From the sequence record SRR20825006_2856: a stretch of 32,205 nt of DNA; one strand, 5' to 3'. A program made the position numbers and the translations under genes. The number at the start of each line of letters is the position of its first letter. The first letter of the stretch is position 1. A model generated the notes under the pieces. The model saw only the letters and a program-made list of their open reading frames with translations, was not told the origin of the DNA and searched no databases. Below are positions 7,906 through 17,433 of this stretch, one piece after another.

Positions 7906-10900
7906 ATGCTCAACAAAAGCATTAAGTTTTTTATCGAAAATAAGCTAGTCGCTTTTTTACTCTTAGCCCTCTTTTTGGGTTGGGGGATCGCCACGGCACC
8001 CTTCAATTGGGATGGTATTTCTGAAATTGCCGGGATTCCGAGAGCTCCGGTTGCGGTGGATGCAATTCCCGATCTTGGTGAAAATCAGCAAATTGTTTTT
8101 ACGAAATGGCAAGGGCGGTCGCCACAGGATATTGAAGATCAAATCACATATCCGTTAACTTCTGCGCTTTTAGGAATTCCCGGAGTAAAAACCATCCGAA
8201 GCTCTTCCATGTTTGGTTTTTCAAGCATCTATCTCATTTTTGAAGAAGACGTTGAATTTTACTGGAGCCGAAGCCGCATTCTTGAAAAGCTCAATTCACT
8301 TCCTGCAAATCTTCTGCCGGAAGGGGTTAATCCGTCTTTGGGGCCTGATGCTACCGGTTTAGGACAAATCTTTTGGTACACTCTTGAAGGGCGCGATGCA
8401 GACGGAAACGTCACTGGCGGCTGGGATTTGCAAGAACTGCGTAGCATTCAGGATTATTATGTGAAATACAGTCTGGCTTCGGCTGGTGGTGTTGCTGAGG
8501 TGGCATCAATAGGAGGATATGTACAGGAATATCAGATTGATGTAAACCCAGAACTGCTAAAACAATACAATATAAGTCTTGATGCACTGGTCAAGGCGGT
8601 CAAGTCAAGTAATGAAGAAATTGGTGCCCAGACCCTAGAGATCAATAAGGCTGAGTATCTGGTGCGGGGTTTGGGTTATATTAAATCTCTTGAAGATATC
8701 GAGAATGCCGTAGTGACCTCAGAAGCTTATACGTCGATCCGTGTAAAAGATGTGGCTCGCGTTCATATGGGGCCGGCACCACGCCGCGGAATTTTAGATA
8801 AAGAAGGTGCTGAGGTGGTAGGCGGAGTAGTAGTAGCGCGCTACGGTGCTAATCCTATGGAGGTCATCACCAATGTAAAGGCACAGATCAAGGAACTTAG
8901 CGCGGGCTTACCCTCAAAAACTTTAGCTGATGGCAGAACCTCTCAGCTTACAATTGTACCGTTTTACGATCGTACCCAGTTAATAGAAGAGACTTTGGGC
9001 ACACTTGATGAAGCCCTCACCATGGAAATCCTGATTACCATTCTTGTGATCGTCGTTATGCTTTTTAACTTAAGGGCTTCCCTATTAATTTCCGGATTAC
9101 TCCCCGTGGCTGTCTTTATGGTCTTTATCGCTATGAAGCTTTTTGAGGTTGATGCAAATATTGTTGCGCTCTCCGGGATCGCTATCGCAATCGGGACGAT
9201 GGTAGATGTAGGCGTAATTCTTACCGAAAATATGATTCGGCACCTTGAAGAGGCTGATAAAAATGACTCAAAACTGTCATACAACACCCTGATCTATAAT
9301 GCCACGGCAGAAGTTTCGGGCGCTATTGTTACCGCTGTGCTCACTACCATTATAAGTTTTATTCCGGTGTTTACATTGATGGGTGCAGAGGGTAAATTGT
9401 TCCGCCCCTTGGCGTTTACTAAAACCGCAGCATTAACCGCGTCACTCATCATCGCACTTTTCTTGATTCCGCCTTTTGCGGCTATAATTTTTAGGAAACG
9501 AAGATTTAAATCAACGACACAAAACATAGTTTGTGCACTTCTAATTCTAATAGGAAGCATCGCAGTGTTTTTCGGTGTTTGGCTGGGGCTTGTATTGATC
9601 GCTTTTGGAATGCTGTACTTTTTACGCAAAACGAAAAAACTTCCGTTTCAAAACCTTAAACATGCTGAGATCATAATCACTGTTTTAGCGATCGTTTTTT
9701 TGTTGGCAACCTATTGGAGGCCTTTAGGCTTCAACCGAAGCATTTTTATAAACCTCGTGTTTGTAACCCTGATTTGCACGTTGTTTTTTGGCCTGTTCTG
9801 GGTTTTACGACGGTTTTATGACCGTATTTTAAGATGGGCATTAGCAAACCGACTCTTGTTTCTTGCCCTACCGGCGACCCTGCTGATCAGTGGCGCGTGG
9901 ATCTATTCAAAAATGGGTAAGGAGTTTATGCCGGCACTCAACGAAGGAACTTTCTTGCTGATGCCTACTTCGCTTCCTCACGCAGGCGTGGAAGAAAATA
10001 AACGCGTGTTGCAACAACTCGATATGGCTGTGGCGAGTATTCCCGAAATAGAAACGGTCGTCGGCAAAGCAGGAAGAGCTGAGTCTGCACTTGACCCCGC
10101 GCCTTTGTCAATGTATGAGAATATTATTCAGTACAAACCAGAATATATGTTGAACGCAGCCGGAAGAAAGCAGCGGTACAAGGTGGATGAGCAAGGTTAT
10201 TTTCTGCTACAAGATGGTAGCAAAGCGTATAATCCCAATATGCAGACCGAAGCGGTTGCACCTGAAATGAGTATGAAATTTCCGGTGACTGCTGAAGATT
10301 TAATAGAAGATGAAGAGGGTGCGTACTATCGCAACTGGCGTCCAGAGATTCAATCTCCTGACGCAATCTGGAAGGAGATTGCGCGCTTAACGCAACTTCC
10401 CGGAGTGACTTCGGCACCAAAACTTCAACCTATAGAAACCCGGTTAGTAATGCTGCAAACAGGGATGCGTGCACCTATGGGAATTAAGATCAAAGGGCAG
10501 AATTTACAGCAGATTGAAGCGTTTGGCTTTCAGCTTGAAAAACATTTAAAACAAGTTGAAGGCGTAAAAGCCGAAGCGGTTTTTGCCGATCGAATCGTAG
10601 GAAAACCCTATTTGCTTATAGATATTAAACGAGACCGGCTTGCGCGTTATGCTATTGCGATTGCAGATGTGCAGCAAGTGCTTGAAGTTGCCGTGGGCGG
10701 AATGCCCATCACTCAAACTGTAGAAGGTCGCGAGCGGTATTCGGTGCGGGTGCGTTATCCTAGAGCGCTTCGGGAACATCCTGAGGATCTTAAAAATACT
10801 TATGTTCCGGTGGCGATGGGAAATCCGGTACCACTCAGTGAATTGGTGGAAATACGCTACGAGCAGGGACCGCAAGTAATTAAAAGTGAAGACACCTTTT

Positions 10901-11643
10901 TAGTGGGGTATGTTTTATTTGATAAGCTAGATGCTTATGCTGAGGTTGATGTGGTAGAACAGGCACAAGCAGTGCTTCAGTCTAAGATAGACTCCGGAGA
11001 GTTGGTGGTTCCGCAGGGCATCAACTATCAATTTACAGGAACGTATGAGAATCAGTTGCGTGCAGAGAAGACCTTGACCATTGTGGTGCCCATGGCATTG
11101 CTCATCATTTTCTTAATTCTTTACTTTCAGTTTAAATCGGTGAGCACTTCATTTATGGTCTTTACCGGGATCGCGGTGGCATTTGCCGGAGGCTTTATAA
11201 TGCTTTGGCTGTATGGTCAAGCGTGGTTTTTGAATTTTGAAATTTTTGGAGCGAATCTAAGAGATTTGTTCCATATGAAAACTATAAACCTGAGCGTTGC
11301 GGTTTGGGTAGGTTTTATTGCGCTCTTTGGGATCGCAACCGATGATGGCGTCGTGATGGCCACCTACTTAACGCAGACTTTTAGTAAAACGAATCCTTCT
11401 GATCGGGAGGGAATTCGGCAAGCTACGCTACGTGCAGCAAACAAGCGCATCAGACCGTGTTTGATGACCACGGTGACCACAATTTTAGCGTTGTTGCCGG
11501 TACTCACGTCAACCGGAAGAGGTAGTGACATTATGATCCCAATGGCGATCCCCATATTTGGCGGGATGATCATTGATGTCACCTCGTACTTTATCGTGCC
11601 GGTGTTGTATAGTTGGAAAAAAGAAATAGCCTTGAACTCATGA
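7906..11643 (+). CDS. cusA: CusA/SilA-family heavy-metal efflux RND permease (Cu(I)/Ag(I) type)
   Basis: VDAIPDLGENQQIV, LGPDATGLG, IAIGTMVD, RIRPCLMT. Mets matching the CusA Cu site in LLMP, PLSMYE and LVMLQTG. ATG 7906 (MLNKSIKF) preferred over 7837, which lies inside a hairpin arm. Confidence 0.92.
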   Translation: MLNKSIKFFIENKLVAFLLLALFLGWGIATAPFNWDGISEIAGIPRAPVAVDAIPDLGENQQIVFTKWQGRSPQDIEDQITYPLTSALLGIPGVKTIRSSSMFGFSSIYLIFEEDVEFYWSRSRILEKLNSLPANLLPEGVNPSLGPDATGLGQIFWYTLEGRDADGNVTGGWDLQELRSIQDYYVKYSLASAGGVAEVASIGGYVQEYQIDVNPELLKQYNISLDALVKAVKSSNEEIGAQTLEINKAEYLVRGLGYIKSLEDIENAVVTSEAYTSIRVKDVARVHMGPAPRRGILDKEGAEVVGGVVVARYGANPMEVITNVKAQIKELSAGLPSKTLADGRTSQLTIVPFYDRTQLIEETLGTLDEALTMEILITILVIVVMLFNLRASLLISGLLPVAVFMVFIAMKLFEVDANIVALSGIAIAIGTMVDVGVILTENMIRHLEEADKNDSKLSYNTLIYNATAEVSGAIVTAVLTTIISFIPVFTLMGAEGKLFRPLAFTKTAALTASLIIALFLIPPFAAIIFRKRRFKSTTQNIVCALLILIGSIAVFFGVWLGLVLIAFGMLYFLRKTKKLPFQNLKHAEIIITVLAIVFLLATYWRPLGFNRSIFINLVFVTLICTLFFGLFWVLRRFYDRILRWALANRLLFLALPATLLISGAWIYSKMGKEFMPALNEGTFLLMPTSLPHAGVEENKRVLQQLDMAVASIPEIETVVGKAGRAESALDPAPLSMYENIIQYKPEYMLNAAGRKQRYKVDEQGYFLLQDGSKAYNPNMQTEAVAPEMSMKFPVTAEDLIEDEEGAYYRNWRPEIQSPDAIWKEIARLTQLPGVTSAPKLQPIETRLVMLQTGMRAPMGIKIKGQNLQQIEAFGFQLEKHLKQVEGVKAEAVFADRIVGKPYLLIDIKRDRLARYAIAIADVQQVLEVAVGGMPITQTVEGRERYSVRVRYPRALREHPEDLKNTYVPVAMGNPVPLSELVEIRYEQGPQVIKSEDTFLVGYVLFDKLDAYAEVDVVEQAQAVLQSKIDSGELVVPQGINYQFTGTYENQLRAEKTLTIVVPMALLIIFLILYFQFKSVSTSFMVFTGIAVAFAGGFIMLWLYGQAWFLNFEIFGANLRDLFHMKTINLSVAVWVGFIALFGIATDDGVVMATYLTQTFSKTNPSDREGIRQATLRAANKRIRPCLMTTVTTILALLPVLTSTGRGSDIMIPMAIPIFGGMIIDVTSYFIVPVLYSWKKEIALNS

Positions 11644-12866
11644 AAAATAAAATAATCATAGCAAGCATAATCCTACTGGGCACAACAGTTGTTGCGAACG
11701 CTCAGGATTTAAGTGCATATATCGCACAAGCAGAAGCTCAAAACCCCACGCTTCAAGCCTATGCATTGCGATATGACTTGGCACAAGAACAGGTAAACGA
11801 AGTGAATAGCTTACCGGATACTGAATTTGGTGTGGGATATTTTGTTGAAACTCCTGAAACCCGAGTAGGAGCTCAGCGCGCGCGCTTTTCGGTTAAGCAA
11901 ATGTTGCCATGGTTTGGTACTATCGCTAAGCGACAGGAATATCAAACTGCTATAGCAGACAATGAATATCTGGAATATGTGATCGCAAAGCGAAAGCTTA
12001 GCCTTGAGGTGGCACAAAGTTATTACCAACTCAATGGCATCCATGCAGAAGAACAAGTAGTGCAGCAAAATCTGGACTTGCTAGACCGTTTTAAAGAACT
12101 TGCGCTAAATGCTGTTGAGGTGGCCGAGGCTTCGGTGGTAGATGTACTCAAGCTAGAAATGCGCCAAAACGAACTCAACGCACAACTTGCCATTCTAGAC
12201 GAACGTAAACACGCTGCAGCCCTTCAGTTTAAAAACATCTTAAACGTGGCTCAGGATACTCCGATACAACTAGTGGATAGTTTGACGATACCGCAATTAG
12301 AAACAAGCGATTCAATCGAAGCCCTTGAAACCAATCCGGAGCTATTGAAATATGATGCGCTGTATAAAAGTATCAACCAGGCCGAACTGCTCAACCAGCA
12401 AGAGTCGGCTCCTAAGTGGGGTGTGGGACTTGATTACATTCCGGTCAGTGAGCGAACAGATCTATTTCCTGCAGATAACGGCAAAGATATCGTGATGCCT
12501 ATGGTATCGGTTTCGGTGCCCATTTTCAATTCAAAATATAAGTCGGTTACCCGTCAAAATGAGCTTCGGCAACAACGCATCACAGCGGAAAAAGAACAGC
12601 GCTTGAAGTATTTAGAAAATCTTTTAGCAGAAGCTAAACAGTATAGAAATGCTGCGCGCATTAACTTTAATGCACAACAACAGAACATTGCTCAAGCCCA
12701 AGATGCTGAAGCTATTTTACTCAAAAGTTATGAGACCGGTACGATTGACTTTAGTGATGTACTTGATATTCAAGAATTGCAATTGAGCTTTCAACGTAAA
12801 CAAATACAGGCTGTTCAAGATTTTTATGAGCAGACTGCTTTAATCAATTATTTAACCAATAACTAA
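11640..12866 (+). CDS. TolC/CusC-family outer-membrane efflux protein
   Basis: Signal peptide ending ANA-Q, helical OEP-like repeats (QMLPWFG, VSVPIF, YETGTIDFSDVLD). ATGA overlap with the cusA stop. Confidence 0.88.
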   Translation: MKNKIIIASIILLGTTVVANAQDLSAYIAQAEAQNPTLQAYALRYDLAQEQVNEVNSLPDTEFGVGYFVETPETRVGAQRARFSVKQMLPWFGTIAKRQEYQTAIADNEYLEYVIAKRKLSLEVAQSYYQLNGIHAEEQVVQQNLDLLDRFKELALNAVEVAEASVVDVLKLEMRQNELNAQLAILDERKHAAALQFKNILNVAQDTPIQLVDSLTIPQLETSDSIEALETNPELLKYDALYKSINQAELLNQQESAPKWGVGLDYIPVSERTDLFPADNGKDIVMPMVSVSVPIFNSKYKSVTRQNELRQQRITAEKEQRLKYLENLLAEAKQYRNAARINFNAQQQNIAQAQDAEAILLKSYETGTIDFSDVLDIQELQLSFQRKQIQAVQDFYEQTALINYLTNN

Positions 12867-12870
12867 AACC

Positions 12871-13476
12871 ATGAAAAAGACCTTAAATTTTATAAGTATA
12901 GCCGTAGTAGCCTTAAGCTTAGTTTCCTGCGGAAATGATAAAAAATCAAGCTCAGAGACAGATGTCAAATTAGAAACCCACGAAGAAAAACCTATGCAAA
13001 TGGAAGAAGTTGATGAAATGGGCGAAAAAAATAAAGCTTCGGAAGAAGCACAGGAGAACAAAATTGACAATGCGCCGCTTGCCTTTGCAGATAACAATTC
13101 CAATGCCGTTTGGGAAGCTTATGCCAAAGTTCAGCAGGCTTTAGTTGCTAGTGATTCAGAAAAAGCAAAACAAGAAGCAGCCCAACTTGCTATGATTTTT
13201 GACGAAAGAAATGCAAAACTCAAGACTTTGGCTGAAGGAATAGCCACGACTGATGAATTGCCGGCACAGCGCAAGGCGTTTGCAGCATTCTCTACGGGAG
13301 CAAAAGCCTATTTTAAAAGTACCATTAAGGCAGGAACACTGTACGTGCAGCATTGCCCGATGGCTTTTGATGGAAAAGGAGCCGACTGGCTAGCTAAAGA
13401 TACCGCAGTGACCAATCCGTATTTTGGAGCTAAAATGCTCAATTGCGGTTCAGTGACGGCAACAATAACTCAGTAA
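12871..13476 (+). CDS. DUF3347-type lipoprotein, putative metal-binding protein
   Basis: Lipobox LVSC, His/Met-rich linker, C-terminal HCPMA...WL...NPYFG.KML.CG. Confidence 0.82.
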   Translation: MKKTLNFISIAVVALSLVSCGNDKKSSSETDVKLETHEEKPMQMEEVDEMGEKNKASEEAQENKIDNAPLAFADNNSNAVWEAYAKVQQALVASDSEKAKQEAAQLAMIFDERNAKLKTLAEGIATTDELPAQRKAFAAFSTGAKAYFKSTIKAGTLYVQHCPMAFDGKGADWLAKDTAVTNPYFGAKMLNCGSVTATITQ

Positions 13477-13485
13477 ACTGGTACT

Positions 13486-14706
13486 ATGACAGACTTTTTA
13501 AAACAATGGGGCGAAGCGGCTTATACCACTGCGGGATTCTTCTGGATGGCGCTGTGGGCATTTGCACTGGGCTACATCATAAGCAGTATGATTCAGATTT
13601 TTGTTACCGAAAAGCGTATGCAAAAAACCATGGGCGGCGACGAGACTAAAGGCGTCTTGCTAGGAACCTTTTTTGGGTTTATCAGCAGTTCGTGCAGTTT
13701 TGCAGCGCTTGCTTCGACAAAATCGTTGTTTAAAAAAGGAGCGAGTTTTGTAGCCAGTATCGCCTTCTTACTGGCTTCAACCAATTTGGTCATCGAACTT
13801 GGGATCATTATTTCCATTTTTTTGGGTTGGCAATTTGTGGTGGGTGAGTATGTAGGTGGCGTGTTACTCATTTTACTCAGTTGGATTTTGATCAGATTGA
13901 TCAATCCTAAAAAGTTGATTGAGAATGCCCGAAAAAATCTAGGCGAGAAAGAGGGCGATACGGATGCAGATTCCAAATCTTGGAAGCAGAAAATGAAATC
14001 TGAAGAAAGTTGGGCAAAAGTGGCCAAACAGTACGGGATGGAATGGAAAATGGTCTGGAAAGACGTGACCGTAGGCTTCACCATCGCGGGTATCGTAGCT
14101 GCTTTTGTGCCTGATGCGTGGTTTCAGACGCTATTTATAGGTTCGGGAGACGGAAATACAGACTTTAGTTTTCTCGAGATTTTAGAACATATTATAGTGG
14201 GGCCGGTCGCTGCATTCATCACTTTTATAGGTTCTATGGGTAACATTCCGCTTGCGGCTTTGCTGTTTGGTAAAGGCGTAAGTTTTGCCGGTGTGATGGC
14301 ATTTATTTTCAGTGATCTGGTGGTGTTTCCTATTTTGAGAATTAACGCTAAGTATTATGGTTGGAAGATGTCTCTATTCATCCTGTTTTTACTGTTCACT
14401 TCCTTAGTGGGCGCATCGCTACTGTTGCATTACGGTTTTGAAGCTTTTCAATTACTTCCTGATCCGAGTCAGGTGAAAGTTCAAGACACTTCTTATTTTA
14501 AACTGAATTATACCTTTTTCTTGAATCTGGCTTTTCTGGCAGGTTCGGGTTACCTCCTCTACCTAGGCTTTTTTAAACATAAAGATATGATGCATATGAA
14601 AGAAATGGCGCCCAAAAGCAAAACCTTAGAGCGCACCTTAAAATATGCAACTTTAGGTTGTTATGTGTGGCTAACCGCAGGTTTATTGATCAAGTTTTTT
14701 AACTAA
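13486..14706 (+). CDS. Predicted permease (DUF318/ArsP-like)
   Basis: Many TM segments, SSCSFAA and FLLASTNL motifs, HKDMMHMKEM near the C-terminus. Confidence 0.78.
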   Translation: MTDFLKQWGEAAYTTAGFFWMALWAFALGYIISSMIQIFVTEKRMQKTMGGDETKGVLLGTFFGFISSSCSFAALASTKSLFKKGASFVASIAFLLASTNLVIELGIIISIFLGWQFVVGEYVGGVLLILLSWILIRLINPKKLIENARKNLGEKEGDTDADSKSWKQKMKSEESWAKVAKQYGMEWKMVWKDVTVGFTIAGIVAAFVPDAWFQTLFIGSGDGNTDFSFLEILEHIIVGPVAAFITFIGSMGNIPLAALLFGKGVSFAGVMAFIFSDLVVFPILRINAKYYGWKMSLFILFLLFTSLVGASLLLHYGFEAFQLLPDPSQVKVQDTSYFKLNYTFFLNLAFLAGSGYLLYLGFFKHKDMMHMKEMAPKSKTLERTLKYATLGCYVWLTAGLLIKFFN

Positions 14707-14747
14707 AGCCAATGACATAGCTATAATCAAATCTTAATATTCAAATA

Positions 14748-15479
14748 ATGACACATACTTATAAAATTACAGGAATGACGTGTGAAGGATGCAGATCTGG
14801 CGTTGAGGCTAAATTGAATGCCGTGCCCGATGTAGATCACGTCGAAGTCGATTTAAATAATGGTGAAGCTCAGATCACGATGCATAAGCATATTGCTACG
14901 GAAACTCTTCAACAAGCCTTACCTTCAAAATATAAGATCTCAGAAACGGGAAATCATGCACAGCCAAAATCAAATGTGTTTATAAATTCAACTGCTGAAA
15001 CATCACAGAGCAAAATTCAGCAACTTAAACCTTTGTTTTTAATTTTTGCTTTCTTGATCGCTGCAGCAGTTTTATTGCATAAAGACACTTGGGACTGGCA
15101 GGCGATGATGCTCGATTTTATGGGATTGTTTTACATCGTATTCAGCTTTTTTAAATTGTTAGACCTTAAAGGTTTCCCGGCGAGCTTTAGCATGTATGAT
15201 CCCTTGGCTAAGGCGATCCCGGTCTACGGTTGGGTGTATCCGTTTATCGAATTGGCACTGGGCCTATGCTTTTTAATGCGGTTTCAGATTACCGTTGCAC
15301 TTATAGTGACCTTAGTCATTTTAGGCATTACCACAATTGGCGTTACACGCACGTTGTTGGACAAAAAAGCGATTACCTGCGCTTGTCTAGGCACTGCTTT
15401 AAAACTGCCTATGACCGAAGCTACTTTTATCGAAAATGCATTAATGATCATAATGGCTCTGGTGATGCTGTTAATTTAA
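14748..15479 (+). CDS. HMA domain fused to MauE/DoxX-like membrane domain
   Basis: GMTCEGC HMA motif at the N-terminus. C-terminal TM bundle with YPFIEL and CACLG. Confidence 0.85.
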   Translation: MTHTYKITGMTCEGCRSGVEAKLNAVPDVDHVEVDLNNGEAQITMHKHIATETLQQALPSKYKISETGNHAQPKSNVFINSTAETSQSKIQQLKPLFLIFAFLIAAAVLLHKDTWDWQAMMLDFMGLFYIVFSFFKLLDLKGFPASFSMYDPLAKAIPVYGWVYPFIELALGLCFLMRFQITVALIVTLVILGITTIGVTRTLLDKKAITCACLGTALKLPMTEATFIENALMIIMALVMLLI

Positions 15480-15489
15480 AACCTACTTT

Positions 15490-17190
15490 ATGAAAAAGAT
15501 TGTAGCATTCAGTTTAACGGCATTGGTTCTTGGTTTGGCGCTTGGGTATCTTCTTTTTAATACATCGGAAGAAGCGAAAGAAGTACCTACGCACGAGCAT
15601 AGTGAGGATACTGCGCTTTGGACCTGCTCTATGCATCCTCAAATCTTGCGAAATGAACCCGGAGATTGTCCCATTTGTGGGATGGATTTGATTCCGGCAC
15701 AACAAGAAAACACTAGTTTAGCAGTCAATCAATTCAGAATGACTGAGCGTGCGATCGCTCTGGCGGATATTCAGACGACCGTTGTGGGCAATTCAGGAGA
15801 AATAACCTCTGAATTGAAATTATCAGGAACCATAGCCATAAATGATGATCAAGTGGCCACGCAGCCGGCACATTTTGACGGTAGAGTAGAGCGTTTGATG
15901 GTAACTTCTGTGGGGCAACAAGTGCGTAGAGGCCAGCAAGTGGCGACTATCTATTCGCCCGAACTGGTCGCTGCACAGCAAGAATTGGTAACCGCGGCAA
16001 AACTTAAAGATAAACAGCCAAAACTCTATGAGGCGGTGCGCAACAAGTTTAAAAACTGGATGATCTCTGATGCACTTTTAGATGAAATTGAAACTACCGG
16101 AAATACGGTGACGCGTTTTCCAATCTATGCGCACGTTGCGGGAGTCGTGCGTGAATTGATGGTAAGCGAAGGTGCGCATATTATGGACGGCAATCCTATA
16201 TTTAAAGTAGCCAATCTGAATACGGTTTGGGCCGAATTTGACGCGTATGAGCATCAGATCAATCAGCTTAAAATTGGTCAGGATTTAGAGATCACTACAA
16301 ATGCTTATCCAGATCAGCGATTTAATGCCAAGATCTCTTACATAGATCCTGTGCTCAATAGTGCGACCCGAACGGTGACGGTACGGGCTACCTTGACGAA
16401 TCCCCAAGAAGTATTAAAACCCGGAATGTTTATTGAAACTAAACTGATGGGAAGCACTTCTGAAGCGAGCACGATCACAGTACCGGCTTCGGCGGTGTTG
16501 TGGACGGGTGATCGCTCGCTGGTATATGTGAAACCTAAAAGTGACCAATCGGTTTTTGAAATGCGAGAAGTTACCTTAGGAACCAAATCTAGAGATTATT
16601 ATGAAGTTCTAAACGGATTGTCGCCCGGCACCGAAATTGTTACCAATGGCACGTTTACCGTTGACGCTGCTGCTCAGCTTAGCGGCAAAAAATCAATGAT
16701 GCATCAAGGTACCGGTTTTGAATTACAAGAAACAGAGTCCAATTTTCTGTTATCTGAAGCATTTCAGAAGGAATTAAATGCGGTGTTGCCATCCTATTTT
16801 GCACTGAAGGATGCTTTTGTAGCATCAGATGAGCAAGAGGTGCAAAAAGCATCAGAAACCTTCAAAGAGAACATCGAAGTCTTAAAAGTAGACGATTCTT
16901 CAACCGAAGTTCAGAGACTACTGGCTACTGTTCTAGAACAAGCGGCGAAAATTTCAAATAGTTCCGCTTTAGCAGAGCAACGCGAAAACTTTATTAATTT
17001 GAATGTGCATTTTACTCCATTGGTACAGAACAGTACAGCGATAAAGCCTTACCTGTTTGTGCAGCGCTGCCCAATGGCCAACAATAGTCAAGGAGCCATT
17101 TGGTTAAGCAATTCTGATGAAATTAAAAATCCGTATTACGGCGAAGCGATGCTCACCTGTGGAAGCACCATTGATACTCTGGGAGATTAA
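15490..17190 (+). CDS. cusB: CusB-family RND periplasmic adaptor with N-terminal heavy-metal-binding domain and C-terminal DUF3347
   Basis: WTCSMHPQI...PGDCPICGMDL, IYSPELVAAQQE, TRTVTVRA, LKPGMF. C-terminal RCPMA...NPYYG.AML.CG. Confidence 0.88.
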   Translation: MKKIVAFSLTALVLGLALGYLLFNTSEEAKEVPTHEHSEDTALWTCSMHPQILRNEPGDCPICGMDLIPAQQENTSLAVNQFRMTERAIALADIQTTVVGNSGEITSELKLSGTIAINDDQVATQPAHFDGRVERLMVTSVGQQVRRGQQVATIYSPELVAAQQELVTAAKLKDKQPKLYEAVRNKFKNWMISDALLDEIETTGNTVTRFPIYAHVAGVVRELMVSEGAHIMDGNPIFKVANLNTVWAEFDAYEHQINQLKIGQDLEITTNAYPDQRFNAKISYIDPVLNSATRTVTVRATLTNPQEVLKPGMFIETKLMGSTSEASTITVPASAVLWTGDRSLVYVKPKSDQSVFEMREVTLGTKSRDYYEVLNGLSPGTEIVTNGTFTVDAAAQLSGKKSMMHQGTGFELQETESNFLLSEAFQKELNAVLPSYFALKDAFVASDEQEVQKASETFKENIEVLKVDDSSTEVQRLLATVLEQAAKISNSSALAEQRENFINLNVHFTPLVQNSTAIKPYLFVQRCPMANNSQGAIWLSNSDEIKNPYYGEAMLTCGSTIDTLGD

Positions 17191-17433
17191 GAACTGAGTT
17201 ATTTCCTTAATAATTATTGAAGTTTTTAGCATTTAATTCCTTCAGAACATATCGTTTAACTTTTTGAATTAGAAATAATTATGTGATCAGAGTTTGGTTT
17301 GGATTTTGTAATAATTTGTAGAGAAGCTTAGGTAAAACGAAATAAGATTGTATTTTAACCGCTTTAGCAAAAAAACAACGTTTTAGAAAATCAAAAATAT
17401 ACAGTTTAGACTGCCCCAACTGCACACAGTACT

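Noticed and set aside
7252-17190. Copper cluster as a mobile element or genomic island
   Set aside because: No integrase, transposase, tRNA or flanking direct repeats were seen; composition could not be computed.
17191-17433. AATAATTAT(T) palindromes as Fur-like operators, or a terminator after cusB
   Set aside because: Low-complexity AT-rich matches expected by chance; no strong GC stem with a U-tract.
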